The notes: generated by a model not told the origin, from the letters alone. Shown: positions 19,434 through 29,478, numbered from the stretch's first letter. The stretch is 64,000 nucleotides of DNA from Bdellovibrio sp. (GCA_036677065.1 JAKFBS010000002.1:448001-512000), one strand, 5' to 3'. A program made the numbers and translations.

Positions 19434-20402
19434 ATGAATCGAGAACTCTATAAAAAAATTCGAAGCCAATTGCATTTCAAACATCAATGGGCGAAGTTTT
19501 CTTTGTATATAGTTGAAGATATCATTCTGTGGACCTCTGTTTTTTATTTTCTTAACCAATCCCTAAGTATATCGTGGATAGCTTCTTTACCATTTGCTGT
19601 ATTGATGTTTCGAAACTTTGCTTTTATGCATGAAGCAGTTCATGGACTTGCAGCCTCTAACCATAAATTAAATTACGGCCTTGGTTTATTTGCAGGGGCT
19701 GTTTGCTTCCTGCCATTTTCATTATGGAAAACCATTCATATCGAACATCATTACTGGACTGGAAATTTTGAAAAAGACCCTGCGTTAGAAGTCGTAAAAA
19801 GATATCCCAATAGCTCGCCTTTTATGAAGTCGGTCTTTACGGTGATGTGGCGAACACGGTTTCCCTTGATGGCGTTTTTTCAGTACATTGTGTTCTGGGC
19901 TCATTCTGTGGCCAAATTATCCAAGAATCGCCGCGATCTTGATTTATGGGTCAGCTTAGTCTGTCCGTTAATGTTATGGGGTGGGCTTGCCTACGCGCTT
20001 AGTTTTTCACAACTTGCTGTGGTTGGGCTTGGAATTTTTCTTTATTCTCTGCTTTTTGATTTTATTAATTTACCCCACCATGTTGGTGTGTATTCATACG
20101 ATCCTAATGAAAGAAAAGGAATTTGGGATCAGCACTCAGTCGTTAGATCCTGCCGCTACCCCGCTCTTATTGAACATTTAGTACTTAATTTTAATTTTCA
20201 CACTGAACATCATATGATGCCAGATCTTCCGTGGCATGAACTTCCTGAGGCTCATGAAGTGATGAAGTCCTTAAAATCCGATAACGATGAATTTCATTTT
20301 ATTAAAACAGGCTGGTTGGCCCAACAAAGACATAAAACGTTCGCCCAGTTTTTACGGCCTGATCTAGATCGTGGCAACGAAAACAAAAAACAGGCTGCAT
20401 AG
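19434..20402 (+). CDS. Membrane fatty-acid desaturase family protein
   Basis: Three His boxes HEAVH, HIEHH, HTEHH plus TM segments; start uncertain (19407/19425/19434). Confidence 0.9.
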   Translation: MNRELYKKIRSQLHFKHQWAKFSLYIVEDIILWTSVFYFLNQSLSISWIASLPFAVLMFRNFAFMHEAVHGLAASNHKLNYGLGLFAGAVCFLPFSLWKTIHIEHHYWTGNFEKDPALEVVKRYPNSSPFMKSVFTVMWRTRFPLMAFFQYIVFWAHSVAKLSKNRRDLDLWVSLVCPLMLWGGLAYALSFSQLAVVGLGIFLYSLLFDFINLPHHVGVYSYDPNERKGIWDQHSVVRSCRYPALIEHLVLNFNFHTEHHMMPDLPWHELPEAHEVMKSLKSDNDEFHFIKTGWLAQQRHKTFAQFLRPDLDRGNENKKQAA

Positions 20403-20411
20403 TCTGAAATA

Positions 20412-21167
20412 TTAAATAAAAGAAATGTTTTTAGTTTGCTCACCAAGAGCTACTGGAGTCACTCTAGCTGTGACAAGTAGGCCGGCAATCTGGCCATCCG
20501 TTTTGTTATAAACCGGACAAATAACACCAAACTTGCAAAGCGAAGAGCGCAAAGGAAAGTGCTCTTGATCTTCAGGATTAAAAATTTCGCTGATCACGTG
20601 TTCAGGCACGCCCGCCGAAACAATACCCTTCACTACACCTGAAAAAATAGCACTAACAACTTTAAACATATTATCAAAAGTGCCACTTGGTCGTTCCCAA
20701 AGGCTATACCATTCGTTCATCAATAGTTCTAAAAGAGAGTATGAAGATGTCATAAAGAAATTAAAAGTTCTGAAGATTTGAGTGTTCTCGGTATCATAGA
20801 TCTCAACAATCTCATTTTTTCTTACAGTATTCCAAAATTCTTTGTCTTTAAGCTCGTACCCGTAAAGTTCAAGAGCTTGTTCTACATGGCTTCGCTCTGC
20901 ATAACCGTCTGATGGATTGTTTTTTTCGATTTCAGTTCCTGCAACGACAATACTAATCATAGTCTGCAATTTTTTAATTATATATTCTTTTTTAACTATG
21001 GGCAGTGTCGCTAATGTCGACAAAGCATTTTGTGTATACGCCTTTACCGGGTACCCGCGCGCCAGACTCATTGACGCCAAATTTTCTAATAATTCAACTG
21101 CAGCTAAATCCAAGGCTCTTGATTGTGGTGGTACACGTTCAAAAGTTACATTTGCTAATGAGTTCAT
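20412..21167 (-). CDS. Hypothetical protein with PAS-like C-terminal domain
   Basis: VEIYD..TQIFRTFNFF..SSYSLLELL..W resembles a PAS N-terminus; AGGAG RBS. Confidence 0.55.
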   Translation of the reverse strand: MNSLANVTFERVPPQSRALDLAAVELLENLASMSLARGYPVKAYTQNALSTLATLPIVKKEYIIKKLQTMISIVVAGTEIEKNNPSDGYAERSHVEQALELYGYELKDKEFWNTVRKNEIVEIYDTENTQIFRTFNFFMTSSYSLLELLMNEWYSLWERPSGTFDNMFKVVSAIFSGVVKGIVSAGVPEHVISEIFNPEDQEHFPLRSSLCKFGVICPVYNKTDGQIAGLLVTARVTPVALGEQTKNISFI

Positions 21168-21356
21168 AACAGCTCCTAAGATGTATTCTTTTACATGAAT
21201 TTTACAGTGCCTGTCGAGTTTTTTGCTTGTATTTGACGCAAAAATCTAAAAATTTCACCCTCTGTAAAATGATTACTCAGACTCTGTTAAAATGCAGACA
21301 AATTTTGCCAGCAGTAGACGGCTTTAGATAGGAAAGGAACATTGCTAGATTAAAAT

Positions 21357-21653
21357 TTATACAGCCTTCTTAACCGACTTGCGTTTCTTAAAAACTTTAG
21401 CGGTAATCACATTTTTTGAATCTTCAACCATGACCTTAACCAGCTTGTCGCGGCTTAGATTTAGCACTTCAATGAGTTTTTCAAAACAGTGATTAGGAGG
21501 GGCGCATAGACCGCGCTCCCAGTTAGATATAAATTGCACGTGAACATTTCCTAGCATTTCTGCGAGTTCACTTTGGGTTAAATCTAACCCGAGACGTTTT
21601 TGCTTCAAATATTGACCTAAATTTAAAAATTCTGACATACTCATGTTATACAA
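21357..21653 (-). CDS. XRE/Cro-family HTH regulator
   Basis: LKQKR...LTQSELA...QFISNWERG...P. Confidence 0.92.
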   Translation of the reverse strand: MYNMSMSEFLNLGQYLKQKRLGLDLTQSELAEMLGNVHVQFISNWERGLCAPPNHCFEKLIEVLNLSRDKLVKVMVEDSKNVITAKVFKKRKSVKKAV

Positions 21654-21791
21654 TAATTTTTTATTTAGCTCAATAGGGTTAGTAATTAATACCGTAACCA
21701 GTCAAACTGTCAAATTTAGATACACTTTTAGGCTATGATCGCGCGTATAAACGAATCTGGAGCGGCATATTCTTCGCTAACTTGCACAGCT

Positions 21792-22505
21792 ATGAAATTA
21801 AAATTCCCAATTCTAGTTGTAATCCTTTTAGTGACCCAAGTGGGTGCAGCTTACCAGGAAGTCCCGTGGACTTGGCAAAAAAGTGAATGCAAAGATTGCG
21901 GAATAAATTTTAGAATGTCGACACAAGATTATAAAGATAATCCTAAAATGGTCGAATTTTTACAGGCCCTATCAACTGAAAAACACAACATTTTAAAGCT
22001 CTACAATTCAGACCCCCAAGAATATAATTTACTAGCTCATATGGCGGTTGGAATTTTAGGAAATGAATCTACTTACTTTAAAAGCATGCGCTACAAAGTT
22101 AAAAGAAACACCCAGCTACCCATTCAATGGGCAAAGGATCTTAAAGCCTGGTTTGGTGACTATGAAGCATCACCTAATAGCAAAGGCCCGACTCAAATTA
22201 AAAAAGTGCCTGACCGTATAGAACAGTTTTATAATATTACTGAAAAAAACTTATGGAATCCTAAATATGCTGCAGTTTCTACGATGGCTTTTTTGATCGA
22301 AGCTTTAGTTGAATTAAAGCAGCGTGCGAAAAATAATAATCTAGAAATGATTACGCCAGAAACTTATGTCGATTATTTACCCTATATTTACTTTGGTGGC
22401 AGCAAAAAGCTTGTGAATCGCACGGCTACACCTGATACGAACATCTATGTTAAAAACATGAAAAAGAATATGAAAAAAGTCTCTGTTTTAGAGATCATTC
22501 CTTAA
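21792..22505 (+). CDS. Secreted protein, possible lysozyme/lytic-transglycosylase-like fold
   Basis: Signal peptide; ILGNES, SKGPTQIK, LWNP motifs. Confidence 0.55.
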   Translation: MKLKFPILVVILLVTQVGAAYQEVPWTWQKSECKDCGINFRMSTQDYKDNPKMVEFLQALSTEKHNILKLYNSDPQEYNLLAHMAVGILGNESTYFKSMRYKVKRNTQLPIQWAKDLKAWFGDYEASPNSKGPTQIKKVPDRIEQFYNITEKNLWNPKYAAVSTMAFLIEALVELKQRAKNNNLEMITPETYVDYLPYIYFGGSKKLVNRTATPDTNIYVKNMKKNMKKVSVLEIIP

Positions 22506-22506
22506 T

Positions 22507-23076
22507 ATGAACACAATATTGATTTTAAATGGCAGCCCCACAGGATCTAAAGGCAACTGTAATAAACTTATTAAGCTGATTCAAAAATCTTTGCCGAAGT
22601 CATTAAAAACTCAGATTGTACACTTGTCTGAAGTTAAAAAGTCTTCGTCTTTATTTAAAGATATTGAAAAAGCTTCGGGCTTTATTTTTGTAACCGGCAC
22701 CTACTGGGATTCATGGGGAAGCCCGCTCCAAGAATTTCTAGAAAGTGCCACTGAGCTTGAAGGCACGCCCGCCTTTGTCGGAAAACCGTGTGCGGTGTTT
22801 GTACTTAATCACTCTGTCGGCGGTAAGGCTGTGTTATCAAGGCTTCAAGGCGTACTTTCAACTTTCGGATGCTTGATTCCACCGATGAGCGGAATGGTTT
22901 ATTCACTAGTAACTAAATTAGCTTTGAAAAATTCAAGATCAGCTCACAAAGATGACTTCTGGACGCCGGATGATATTCCGATGATTTTAGAAAATTTTAA
23001 ATTAGCTTTGGATATCAAAACAAAATGGCTGGCATGGCCAGTTGATCGTAAAAATTTTCGTAAGAACTGGGTTTAA
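22507..23076 (+). CDS. NADPH-dependent FMN reductase/flavodoxin-like protein
   Basis: ILNGSP..GN, TGTYWDS, GKP motifs. Confidence 0.85.
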   Translation: MNTILILNGSPTGSKGNCNKLIKLIQKSLPKSLKTQIVHLSEVKKSSSLFKDIEKASGFIFVTGTYWDSWGSPLQEFLESATELEGTPAFVGKPCAVFVLNHSVGGKAVLSRLQGVLSTFGCLIPPMSGMVYSLVTKLALKNSRSAHKDDFWTPDDIPMILENFKLALDIKTKWLAWPVDRKNFRKNWV

Positions 23077-23345
23077 ACCGGACAGATCTTTTTAAATTCT
23101 TGAAGAGTCACTAAGGTTGGCGTCGCCGTTTCAAAATCAAAAACAATTTTGATCAGTTCTTTATCAAGCTGCTTACGCACTTGCTCTTTTTTCTTATCAA
23201 GGCTGACTTCTTGCGACCCGTAATCAGTGCCTTCGCGAAGTACGAACTCTTCTATGAGCGCATCGATAACCTCGGCAGACAGTTTTTCAATTGGAACTTC
23301 AATTGGTGGCGGAACTTCGTTTTTTGTCTGATTAAATTTATCCAT
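23073..23345 (-). CDS. YheU-family protein
   Basis: LIEEFVLREGTDYG motif. Confidence 0.92.
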   Translation of the reverse strand: MDKFNQTKNEVPPPIEVPIEKLSAEVIDALIEEFVLREGTDYGSQEVSLDKKKEQVRKQLDKELIKIVFDFETATPTLVTLQEFKKICPV

Positions 23346-23543
23346 CACCAGTAGTTTTTAATTTTTATGGGTGAATAGCAACCAGTGATTCGTGAAATTA
23401 GTTCATAAGCATTTCGTGACCGATACCCCTGCGCAGCTTGTGTTAACGGCTTCAACGCATGTGTCATTTTTATCAGATACGTTTAATCTGTGACAGGCGC
23501 TTTTCATGTAAAAACTTTCTAGTGTCACAATAGCCTAATATTG

Positions 23544-23559
23544 CGGCACGTCAGTTGCT
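23544..23559 (+). promoter_or_regulatory. sigma54 promoter CGGCAC-N5-TTGCT
   Basis: Near-consensus -24/-12 element 50 bp upstream of the lipoprotein start. Confidence 0.7.
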
Positions 23560-23609
23560 TTATAGAAACCCGAACGACAAATAAAACCAAACCATTAGGG
23601 GAAAAAATC

Positions 23610-24287
23610 ATGAAAAAGCTATTATTACCGATCGTATCAAGCGCGTTATTATTACTAGTATCATGTAAACAGGAGTTTTCAGGAACTGTAGACATCCTTT
23701 CTCAAATCCAATTGAAATCCACTAAAGGAGAAAATGTTCTTATCAATCCTGGTTATAAAAGCTCGAAAATTAAATTCACTGGCAAAAAGAAATTTGAATT
23801 ACATTTAGACGGAAAAAAATTCGAATTTAAAACTGAACAAAATCTTAAAAAAATCAACGCCGGCGATTCTTTAAATTTACCTGCTGGATCAAACGGCCAA
23901 TCCTATCATCTTAATGCTAAGTATGACGTTTCAACTCAAAGCTCTGGCTTAATTCGTTCTGTTGAAAGCTGTTCATACAACGTCACTGAACAACGTTGTC
24001 AAAACATCCAACAACCAAAAGGTTGCCAACAAGTTAAAGAGTGCGCACCAAACGGCGGGTCTTGTAAAGTTCGCGAAGTATGTACTGACGGTAAAACTGT
24101 CACTAAATGTGGACCAGTATCAGTAACTCGTTATGGTAACCAAGAAGTTGAATACTATAACAGAACAACAACTGACCACATGAATGGACAATTGATCCAC
24201 CCAGCTAACGGCGCCGTAGTAGCTAAACTTAATGTTGCTGACAGCGAAAACGAAAAAATCTACCAATACAGAGCTGTTTGTAGATAG
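23610..24287 (+). CDS. Cys-rich lipoprotein, hypothetical
   Basis: Lipobox LVSC; multiple Cys. Confidence 0.8.
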   Translation: MKKLLLPIVSSALLLLVSCKQEFSGTVDILSQIQLKSTKGENVLINPGYKSSKIKFTGKKKFELHLDGKKFEFKTEQNLKKINAGDSLNLPAGSNGQSYHLNAKYDVSTQSSGLIRSVESCSYNVTEQRCQNIQQPKGCQQVKECAPNGGSCKVREVCTDGKTVTKCGPVSVTRYGNQEVEYYNRTTTDHMNGQLIHPANGAVVAKLNVADSENEKIYQYRAVCR

Positions 24288-24316
24288 TTTTCTAGATTTA
24301 AATTTGAATTTCATAG

Positions 24317-24348
24317 AAGGGCGCTTAACAAAGTGCCCTTTTTATTTT
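24317..24348 (+). terminator. Rho-independent terminator
   Basis: AAGGGCGCTT-AACA-AAGTGCCCTT followed by a T-run. Confidence 0.8.
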
Positions 24349-24493
24349 GCTGAATAAATAACTGGAAAAATAGCTCTCACGGGGAATTTTTGGTTAAGAA
24401 GTCTTATGTAACGCACAAATAATAGAAAATGCCCGTAAAATGAGTGCACTGCTCTTAGAATTTCGCTAAATTATACCCTTTAGAGGTTTAATT

Positions 24494-26434
24494 ATGTCAG
24501 ATGCACAAAAGCCACAATTTACTCAACCAACTGATGTTAAGTCAGTTTTAGCCATGCACAAAAAACCTAAAAAAGTTGTCGTGACCGCAGGTATGCCCTA
24601 CGCGAACGGTCCACTTCATTTAGGCCATTTAGCCGGAGCGCATGTTCCGGCCGATATTTACGCGCGCTGGATGCGCATGTTAATCGGGGCTGAAAACGTT
24701 TTATTCGTTAACGGTAACGATGATCATGGTTCGACGTCTGAAGTTGCGGCTAACAAAGCTGGTAAAACCATTCGTGAATTTATCGATGCGATTCATGAAC
24801 AGCAAAAAGACACTTTAAAAAAATATTCTATTCAAACCGATGTGTTTACAGGAACTTCACGCCCTGAGACCTACCCGCTTCACGAAAAGTATTCACAAGA
24901 TTTTTTACGCCGTTTATTTAAAAACGACATGTTAGAAAAACGCATTACCAAACAATGGTTCGACCCGAAAGCTAACCGCTTTTTACAAGATCGTTTTGTT
25001 CGCGGCACGTGCCCGAATTGTCAAAGCACTGAAGCTTATTCTGACGAGTGTGATGCCTGCGGAGCTAAATTTGACCCCAATGAATTAAAAGATCCGCGCA
25101 GTCAATTAACTGATGCTACGCCTGAATTACGTGACACTGCCCACTGGTGGCTGAACATGTGGAAAGTCGCTGATCCGTTAAAGGCCTGGATTGATACAAA
25201 ACAAAAAGCTTGGCGCACAGGCGTAGTTCAAGAAGTGACGAACACGGTATTAATTGGTTGTCGTTTTGAAAATTCGCATGAGCCTGCGTACAAAATTATT
25301 AAAGACACTTTGCCAAAACATAAATCTCGTTATGTGCCTGGTAAAAAAGTTGAATGTTTATTTGATAACAAAGCTGATCTTGCTTCGGCGCAAGCTACCC
25401 TTGAGGCTGCGGGTATTCCATCAACCATCACTGATAAATGGGGCTTTCGCCCGATCACACGTGATGTTTCTAATGGCATTCCTGTTCCGCCTGAACTTGA
25501 TCCAGAGATGCAAGGTAAAACACTTTACGTGTGGCCGGATTCATTAATTGCGCCGATTGTGTTTTCACAAGTTGCACTTAAACAATCTGGTCGTGATCCA
25601 GAATCGTACAAAGATTTCTGGTGTGATCCAGAAGCCACGGTTGTGCAATTCTTAGGGCAAGATAATGTTTTTTTCTATGTGATCATGCAAGGGTCTATGT
25701 GGTTAGGCCAACAAGCCAACACCCAAATTCAACCGCCTCAGGGTGAATTACAGATGACAGAAATCTTAAGCGTTTTTCATTTAATGGTGAACGGCGAAAA
25801 GATGAGTAAATCAACTGGCAATTTTTATTCTGGCGATCAACTTTTAGATATGGGTTACGGCGCAGATCAAATTCGTTATTACTTAGCGATGCTGTCGCTT
25901 CCGGTAAAAGCATCGAATTTTGATTTCGCGCACTTTGCTGAACGGAATAAATTTTTAGCGGGTCCGTTAAATGCGGCTTTAGAAAAACCAATCTCTGCGT
26001 GTATTTCAAAATTCGGTGGAACTGTTCCTGAAGGAAAATTAATTGGCAAAGCAGAAGCCGAAACTGTGAAGCTTGTGCAAATGTATTTACGCTCAATGCA
26101 AAAAGGTGATTATTCGACATTGTTAGGACAAATCGAAAACTACGCGCGCCAAATTAATTCTCTATTCACTCAGTTTAAACCGCATGATGATCGTGGTGTT
26201 GAAGCTGATCGTAAGGACGCTTTATTTACATGTTTCTATGTTTTAAAGAATTTAATGATTATGCTTGCGCCATTTGCGCCAAGCACGATGAATGAACTTC
26301 GTCTGTCGTTGAATTTGCCTGAAAGCGCAATGGCGGCATCTGAACTTGGCACAGGAATTCCTGCAGGACACAAGATCAATGAAAAGCGCACTTACTTTCC
26401 GGCTGTGGCTGACGCCGTAGCGGAAGAAACTTAG
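24494..26434 (+). CDS. metG: Methionyl-tRNA synthetase
   Basis: PYANGPLHLGH, Zn knuckle CPNC...CDAC, ITRD, KMSKS. Confidence 0.95.
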   Translation: MSDAQKPQFTQPTDVKSVLAMHKKPKKVVVTAGMPYANGPLHLGHLAGAHVPADIYARWMRMLIGAENVLFVNGNDDHGSTSEVAANKAGKTIREFIDAIHEQQKDTLKKYSIQTDVFTGTSRPETYPLHEKYSQDFLRRLFKNDMLEKRITKQWFDPKANRFLQDRFVRGTCPNCQSTEAYSDECDACGAKFDPNELKDPRSQLTDATPELRDTAHWWLNMWKVADPLKAWIDTKQKAWRTGVVQEVTNTVLIGCRFENSHEPAYKIIKDTLPKHKSRYVPGKKVECLFDNKADLASAQATLEAAGIPSTITDKWGFRPITRDVSNGIPVPPELDPEMQGKTLYVWPDSLIAPIVFSQVALKQSGRDPESYKDFWCDPEATVVQFLGQDNVFFYVIMQGSMWLGQQANTQIQPPQGELQMTEILSVFHLMVNGEKMSKSTGNFYSGDQLLDMGYGADQIRYYLAMLSLPVKASNFDFAHFAERNKFLAGPLNAALEKPISACISKFGGTVPEGKLIGKAEAETVKLVQMYLRSMQKGDYSTLLGQIENYARQINSLFTQFKPHDDRGVEADRKDALFTCFYVLKNLMIMLAPFAPSTMNELRLSLNLPESAMAASELGTGIPAGHKINEKRTYFPAVADAVAEET

Positions 26435-26463
26435 GGCTAATCTGCCACACAAAATTTCCCCAT

Positions 26464-26505
26464 AAAACTGCAATTATTTTTGGATGATTGCAGTTTTTAT
26501 TTTTT
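26464..26505 (+). terminator. Terminator after metG
   Basis: AAAACTGCAAT...ATTGCAGTTTT followed by a T-run. Confidence 0.7.
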
Positions 26506-26556
26506 CGGCTTAAAAACCTACGCCATATTTAAACCTCATTTAAAAAAGGAAAGTCT

Positions 26557-27243
26557 ATGGCTATTTCAAAATTTACAATCGCGTTTACATGTTGTTCATT
26601 GCTAACTTTAACCGCTTCAGCGCTTACTGAAACTGTTGGTCTTTATAAAGTTACGGCTAACTATTACAGACCCGATTTTTTAGATCGCGGAATCAATGTT
26701 AAGCTCAGTAAAATTCATGATCAGCTTAGCTACGCTATTGCAGTAAAACTTGAAGACCGAAAAATCATCACGACCATCTCTGCAGTCCAAGATGGGAAAA
26801 CCACCTACCTAGAAGATATGGAACCTAGTTTTGCTGTTGGTGAATTCTGCAAAGGCGTGCAAGCGCCGATTGGCGAATACGAAGCTTTCACATTGCAGAC
26901 TGCACCCCAAGCGCAAGCCGACTACAATCCTGCAAACTCACCACCACTGAATATTCCTAAGCCGCCAGGAACTCCGGCCTTCCCGCCTGGATTTCCGCAA
27001 CGTAAAGGATCATATAAAATCAGCACTCACCTTTCTGGCATTGAACATTTGCGAGGCTGGGATTTCAAAGTGGATTCGCCTGCTTGTAATATTAAAAACA
27101 TTTCAGAAGAAGATTCAGAAGTTCAGATCACTGGCGAAGTTAGTTTTGATAGTAAGCAATTAAAAGCTGATAAAAAAGCTTTAATTATTGATAAAACTGA
27201 AAATGGCTTCGGCTGGGTATTTACAATTACGCAAGTGCAGTAG
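26557..27243 (+). CDS. Secreted hypothetical protein
   Basis: Signal peptide, Pro-rich loop, AAGGA RBS. Confidence 0.7.
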   Translation: MAISKFTIAFTCCSLLTLTASALTETVGLYKVTANYYRPDFLDRGINVKLSKIHDQLSYAIAVKLEDRKIITTISAVQDGKTTYLEDMEPSFAVGEFCKGVQAPIGEYEAFTLQTAPQAQADYNPANSPPLNIPKPPGTPAFPPGFPQRKGSYKISTHLSGIEHLRGWDFKVDSPACNIKNISEEDSEVQITGEVSFDSKQLKADKKALIIDKTENGFGWVFTITQVQ

Positions 27244-27245
27244 AA

Positions 27246-27623
27246 TTATTTAGCTGTCTTAGTCTTAATTTTAGTAAGCTCGGTTTCTTGCTGATAAACT
27301 TTAACGTCATAAAAACCGTTATTGTATTTTTTGATTTCGATTAATTCAGCTGTGCCAATATAGGAAAACACGCTCTTATCTACTTTAATGACAGCGACGA
27401 CCTTATGGTTATCTTTGGATTTTAACCCGTCGACAAGTTTGCCGCTTAGTTTAAAGTTTGTTTCGTTATCGGTATTGCGATTGATCGTTAAAAAAACATC
27501 AGTCTTGTTCTGAACTGTCAGATACCCTTCTAACTCATAGGTACCGATATCAAACTGTAACAGCGCCTGTGCTTGAAAGAAGAATAACCATACTGCTGTG
27601 AATAGAAATATTTTTTTACTCAT
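27246..27623 (-). CDS. Small secreted hypothetical protein
   Basis: Signal peptide; TAATG overlap with the upstream peptidase. Confidence 0.7.
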   Translation of the reverse strand: MSKKIFLFTAVWLFFFQAQALLQFDIGTYELEGYLTVQNKTDVFLTINRNTDNETNFKLSGKLVDGLKSKDNHKVVAVIKVDKSVFSYIGTAELIEIKKYNNGFYDVKVYQQETELTKIKTKTAK

Positions 27624-28957
27624 TAGATACTTCTTTCCATGCAGGCTTTTAGTTTACGGTATTTTTCAAGCTGTTCTGGGCTTGCTGATTGTAAGAATTT
27701 AATTTGATTTTGATAATTAAGAATATATTCGTTTAAATTTTTATTTTTTGTTTCATAGATCTTTTTGGTTTCTTCAAGGGCATCAGCTTTTTTATTAAAT
27801 GTGGCATAGGCCAAATCCTTTTCAGGGCCTTCTTTCATATTAAATAATTTCTGATGCACGCTGCTCATTTCATTTCGGGTGCGGCGGTATTCATTATCTA
27901 AAAAATCTGTCTGTTTAAATTTTGAAGACTTTAGGTTTTTTTGTGTTTGTTCAATCTGCGCTTTTACAGCTAATACTTCAGCTTCAGCAGCTAAAGGCTC
28001 GGCCACGTTTTTTGCGGCATTGGCTGAACCTGCAGGATTTACCGAAGTACAAACCGGTTTCGCAGTCTTTGCTTTTTTTAATTCATTGCCGACAAAATAA
28101 TCTAAACTATTCATAGAGCCGACATTTTCAGGAAATATATCAACGGCCCTGGCATCTTGATAGCTTTCATAAAAGCTTTTTTTACCAAGGCCACTTGCAT
28201 AAGCTCCGGCAAAAGGACTGGTATCTAATTTTGATTTACTGAAGTGCTTTGAATCAACTTGCGAAACCACACAAGTATTTAAATCAGGATCAGTTAATTC
28301 GACAAGCTTTCCGCCATAACAGATATTATTAGCGATTTGTACCGTTACTCCCGGCGGCAGCAACTTGATCATTTCTTTGAGCTGGTCAACACTCATGGTT
28401 TTTGACCGCATCGTCGTTACGCCGTGCTGTTTTTCAATAGCGCGGTCTTCTGCAGTTTTTTCGGCCTCAGGTTTGGGCTCATGCCCCCACATAACCACAT
28501 TGCCTTTAGTGCTGCCGTGATCAGTTACATAAAGACTAACAATGTCGCCGGGCTTAGCTTTAGCGGCGATGCTTAAAAACGCTTTTTTTAAGTCTTCAAC
28601 ATTTGCAGGCCCATTGACATCAATATTTTCATTTTTTTTGAAAGAGCTGGCAGCATTAAACGTAAGGTCTTTTTTTCCACGCGTAAAATCTTTATCCAAA
28701 ACACCAAGTTTTCTAGTGTCGTTGGTTTTCGAGTTACCGCTGGCAAAAAAAGTATAAATATCTGTTCTATCAACACCGTTATCGATAAAAGCTTTGTGCA
28801 TTTTAGTCGTAGTTTCGTAATAACGATAGTGATTGCTCTCATTAGCAGCTCCACCACTCAGAATAATCCCGTAGGTTTTTGCCGGCGAACTTTGCTGTTG
28901 GGCCCAAGCTATGTGAAATAAAAATATAATAGATGCCAGTACTAGAGCGCTTTTCAT
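27623..28957 (-). CDS. Secreted C13/legumain-like (caspase-fold) cysteine peptidase with coiled-coil tail
   Basis: ILSGG..N..RY, LYVTDHG, NICYGG His-Cys dyad. Confidence 0.75.
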   Translation of the reverse strand: MKSALVLASIIFLFHIAWAQQQSSPAKTYGIILSGGAANESNHYRYYETTTKMHKAFIDNGVDRTDIYTFFASGNSKTNDTRKLGVLDKDFTRGKKDLTFNAASSFKKNENIDVNGPANVEDLKKAFLSIAAKAKPGDIVSLYVTDHGSTKGNVVMWGHEPKPEAEKTAEDRAIEKQHGVTTMRSKTMSVDQLKEMIKLLPPGVTVQIANNICYGGKLVELTDPDLNTCVVSQVDSKHFSKSKLDTSPFAGAYASGLGKKSFYESYQDARAVDIFPENVGSMNSLDYFVGNELKKAKTAKPVCTSVNPAGSANAAKNVAEPLAAEAEVLAVKAQIEQTQKNLKSSKFKQTDFLDNEYRRTRNEMSSVHQKLFNMKEGPEKDLAYATFNKKADALEETKKIYETKNKNLNEYILNYQNQIKFLQSASPEQLEKYRKLKACMERSI

Positions 28958-29017
28958 TTAGCTAGTATACTACGAAGCCTTACAAAACACGCTAGACTTT
29001 GGGCGCGAAAAGATTAA

Positions 29018-29464
29018 TTAAGTATTACAATGCGCAGTTAATTTTGAGTGACGATGCTCAAAGAATTTTTGAATAACAAATTTAGTTGTTTTTTTAAACC
29101 GTCGCGGCTCAAAAGTCAGCTCATCGATGACCGAAGTCTCGGTCGAACTCACAGCCACGATCTTACGTTCGTGGCGCCAGTATTTCATTGAGGCCATATT
29201 TGACTCTTCGACAAAACCTTTAAACGGCACTAAACTTGTCAATTGCAGATCTGTATGATCAATCGGAAAAACCCCGAATAACAACACCCAACTGCGAAAA
29301 CCGCTTTTTCTTGGGTAGATATCACTTAGGGTTTTAAAGCCCTTCGGTGCAGTCAAGCGCATCAAAGGCATCATCTCACGGGTTAAACCCTCTAGAGACG
29401 TAATGCTCTTCCAAACTTGTTCTGGCGTGGCTTTAAGGTGGGATTCGAATCTTAAATTAATCAT
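29018..29464 (-). CDS. SRPBCC-like protein
   Basis: ATPEQVW, WRHER, DELTF, FFEHRH. Confidence 0.75.
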   Translation of the reverse strand: MINLRFESHLKATPEQVWKSITSLEGLTREMMPLMRLTAPKGFKTLSDIYPRKSGFRSWVLLFGVFPIDHTDLQLTSLVPFKGFVEESNMASMKYWRHERKIVAVSSTETSVIDELTFEPRRFKKTTKFVIQKFFEHRHSKLTAHCNT

Positions 29465-29478
29465 CCCGTTTAGTATGA

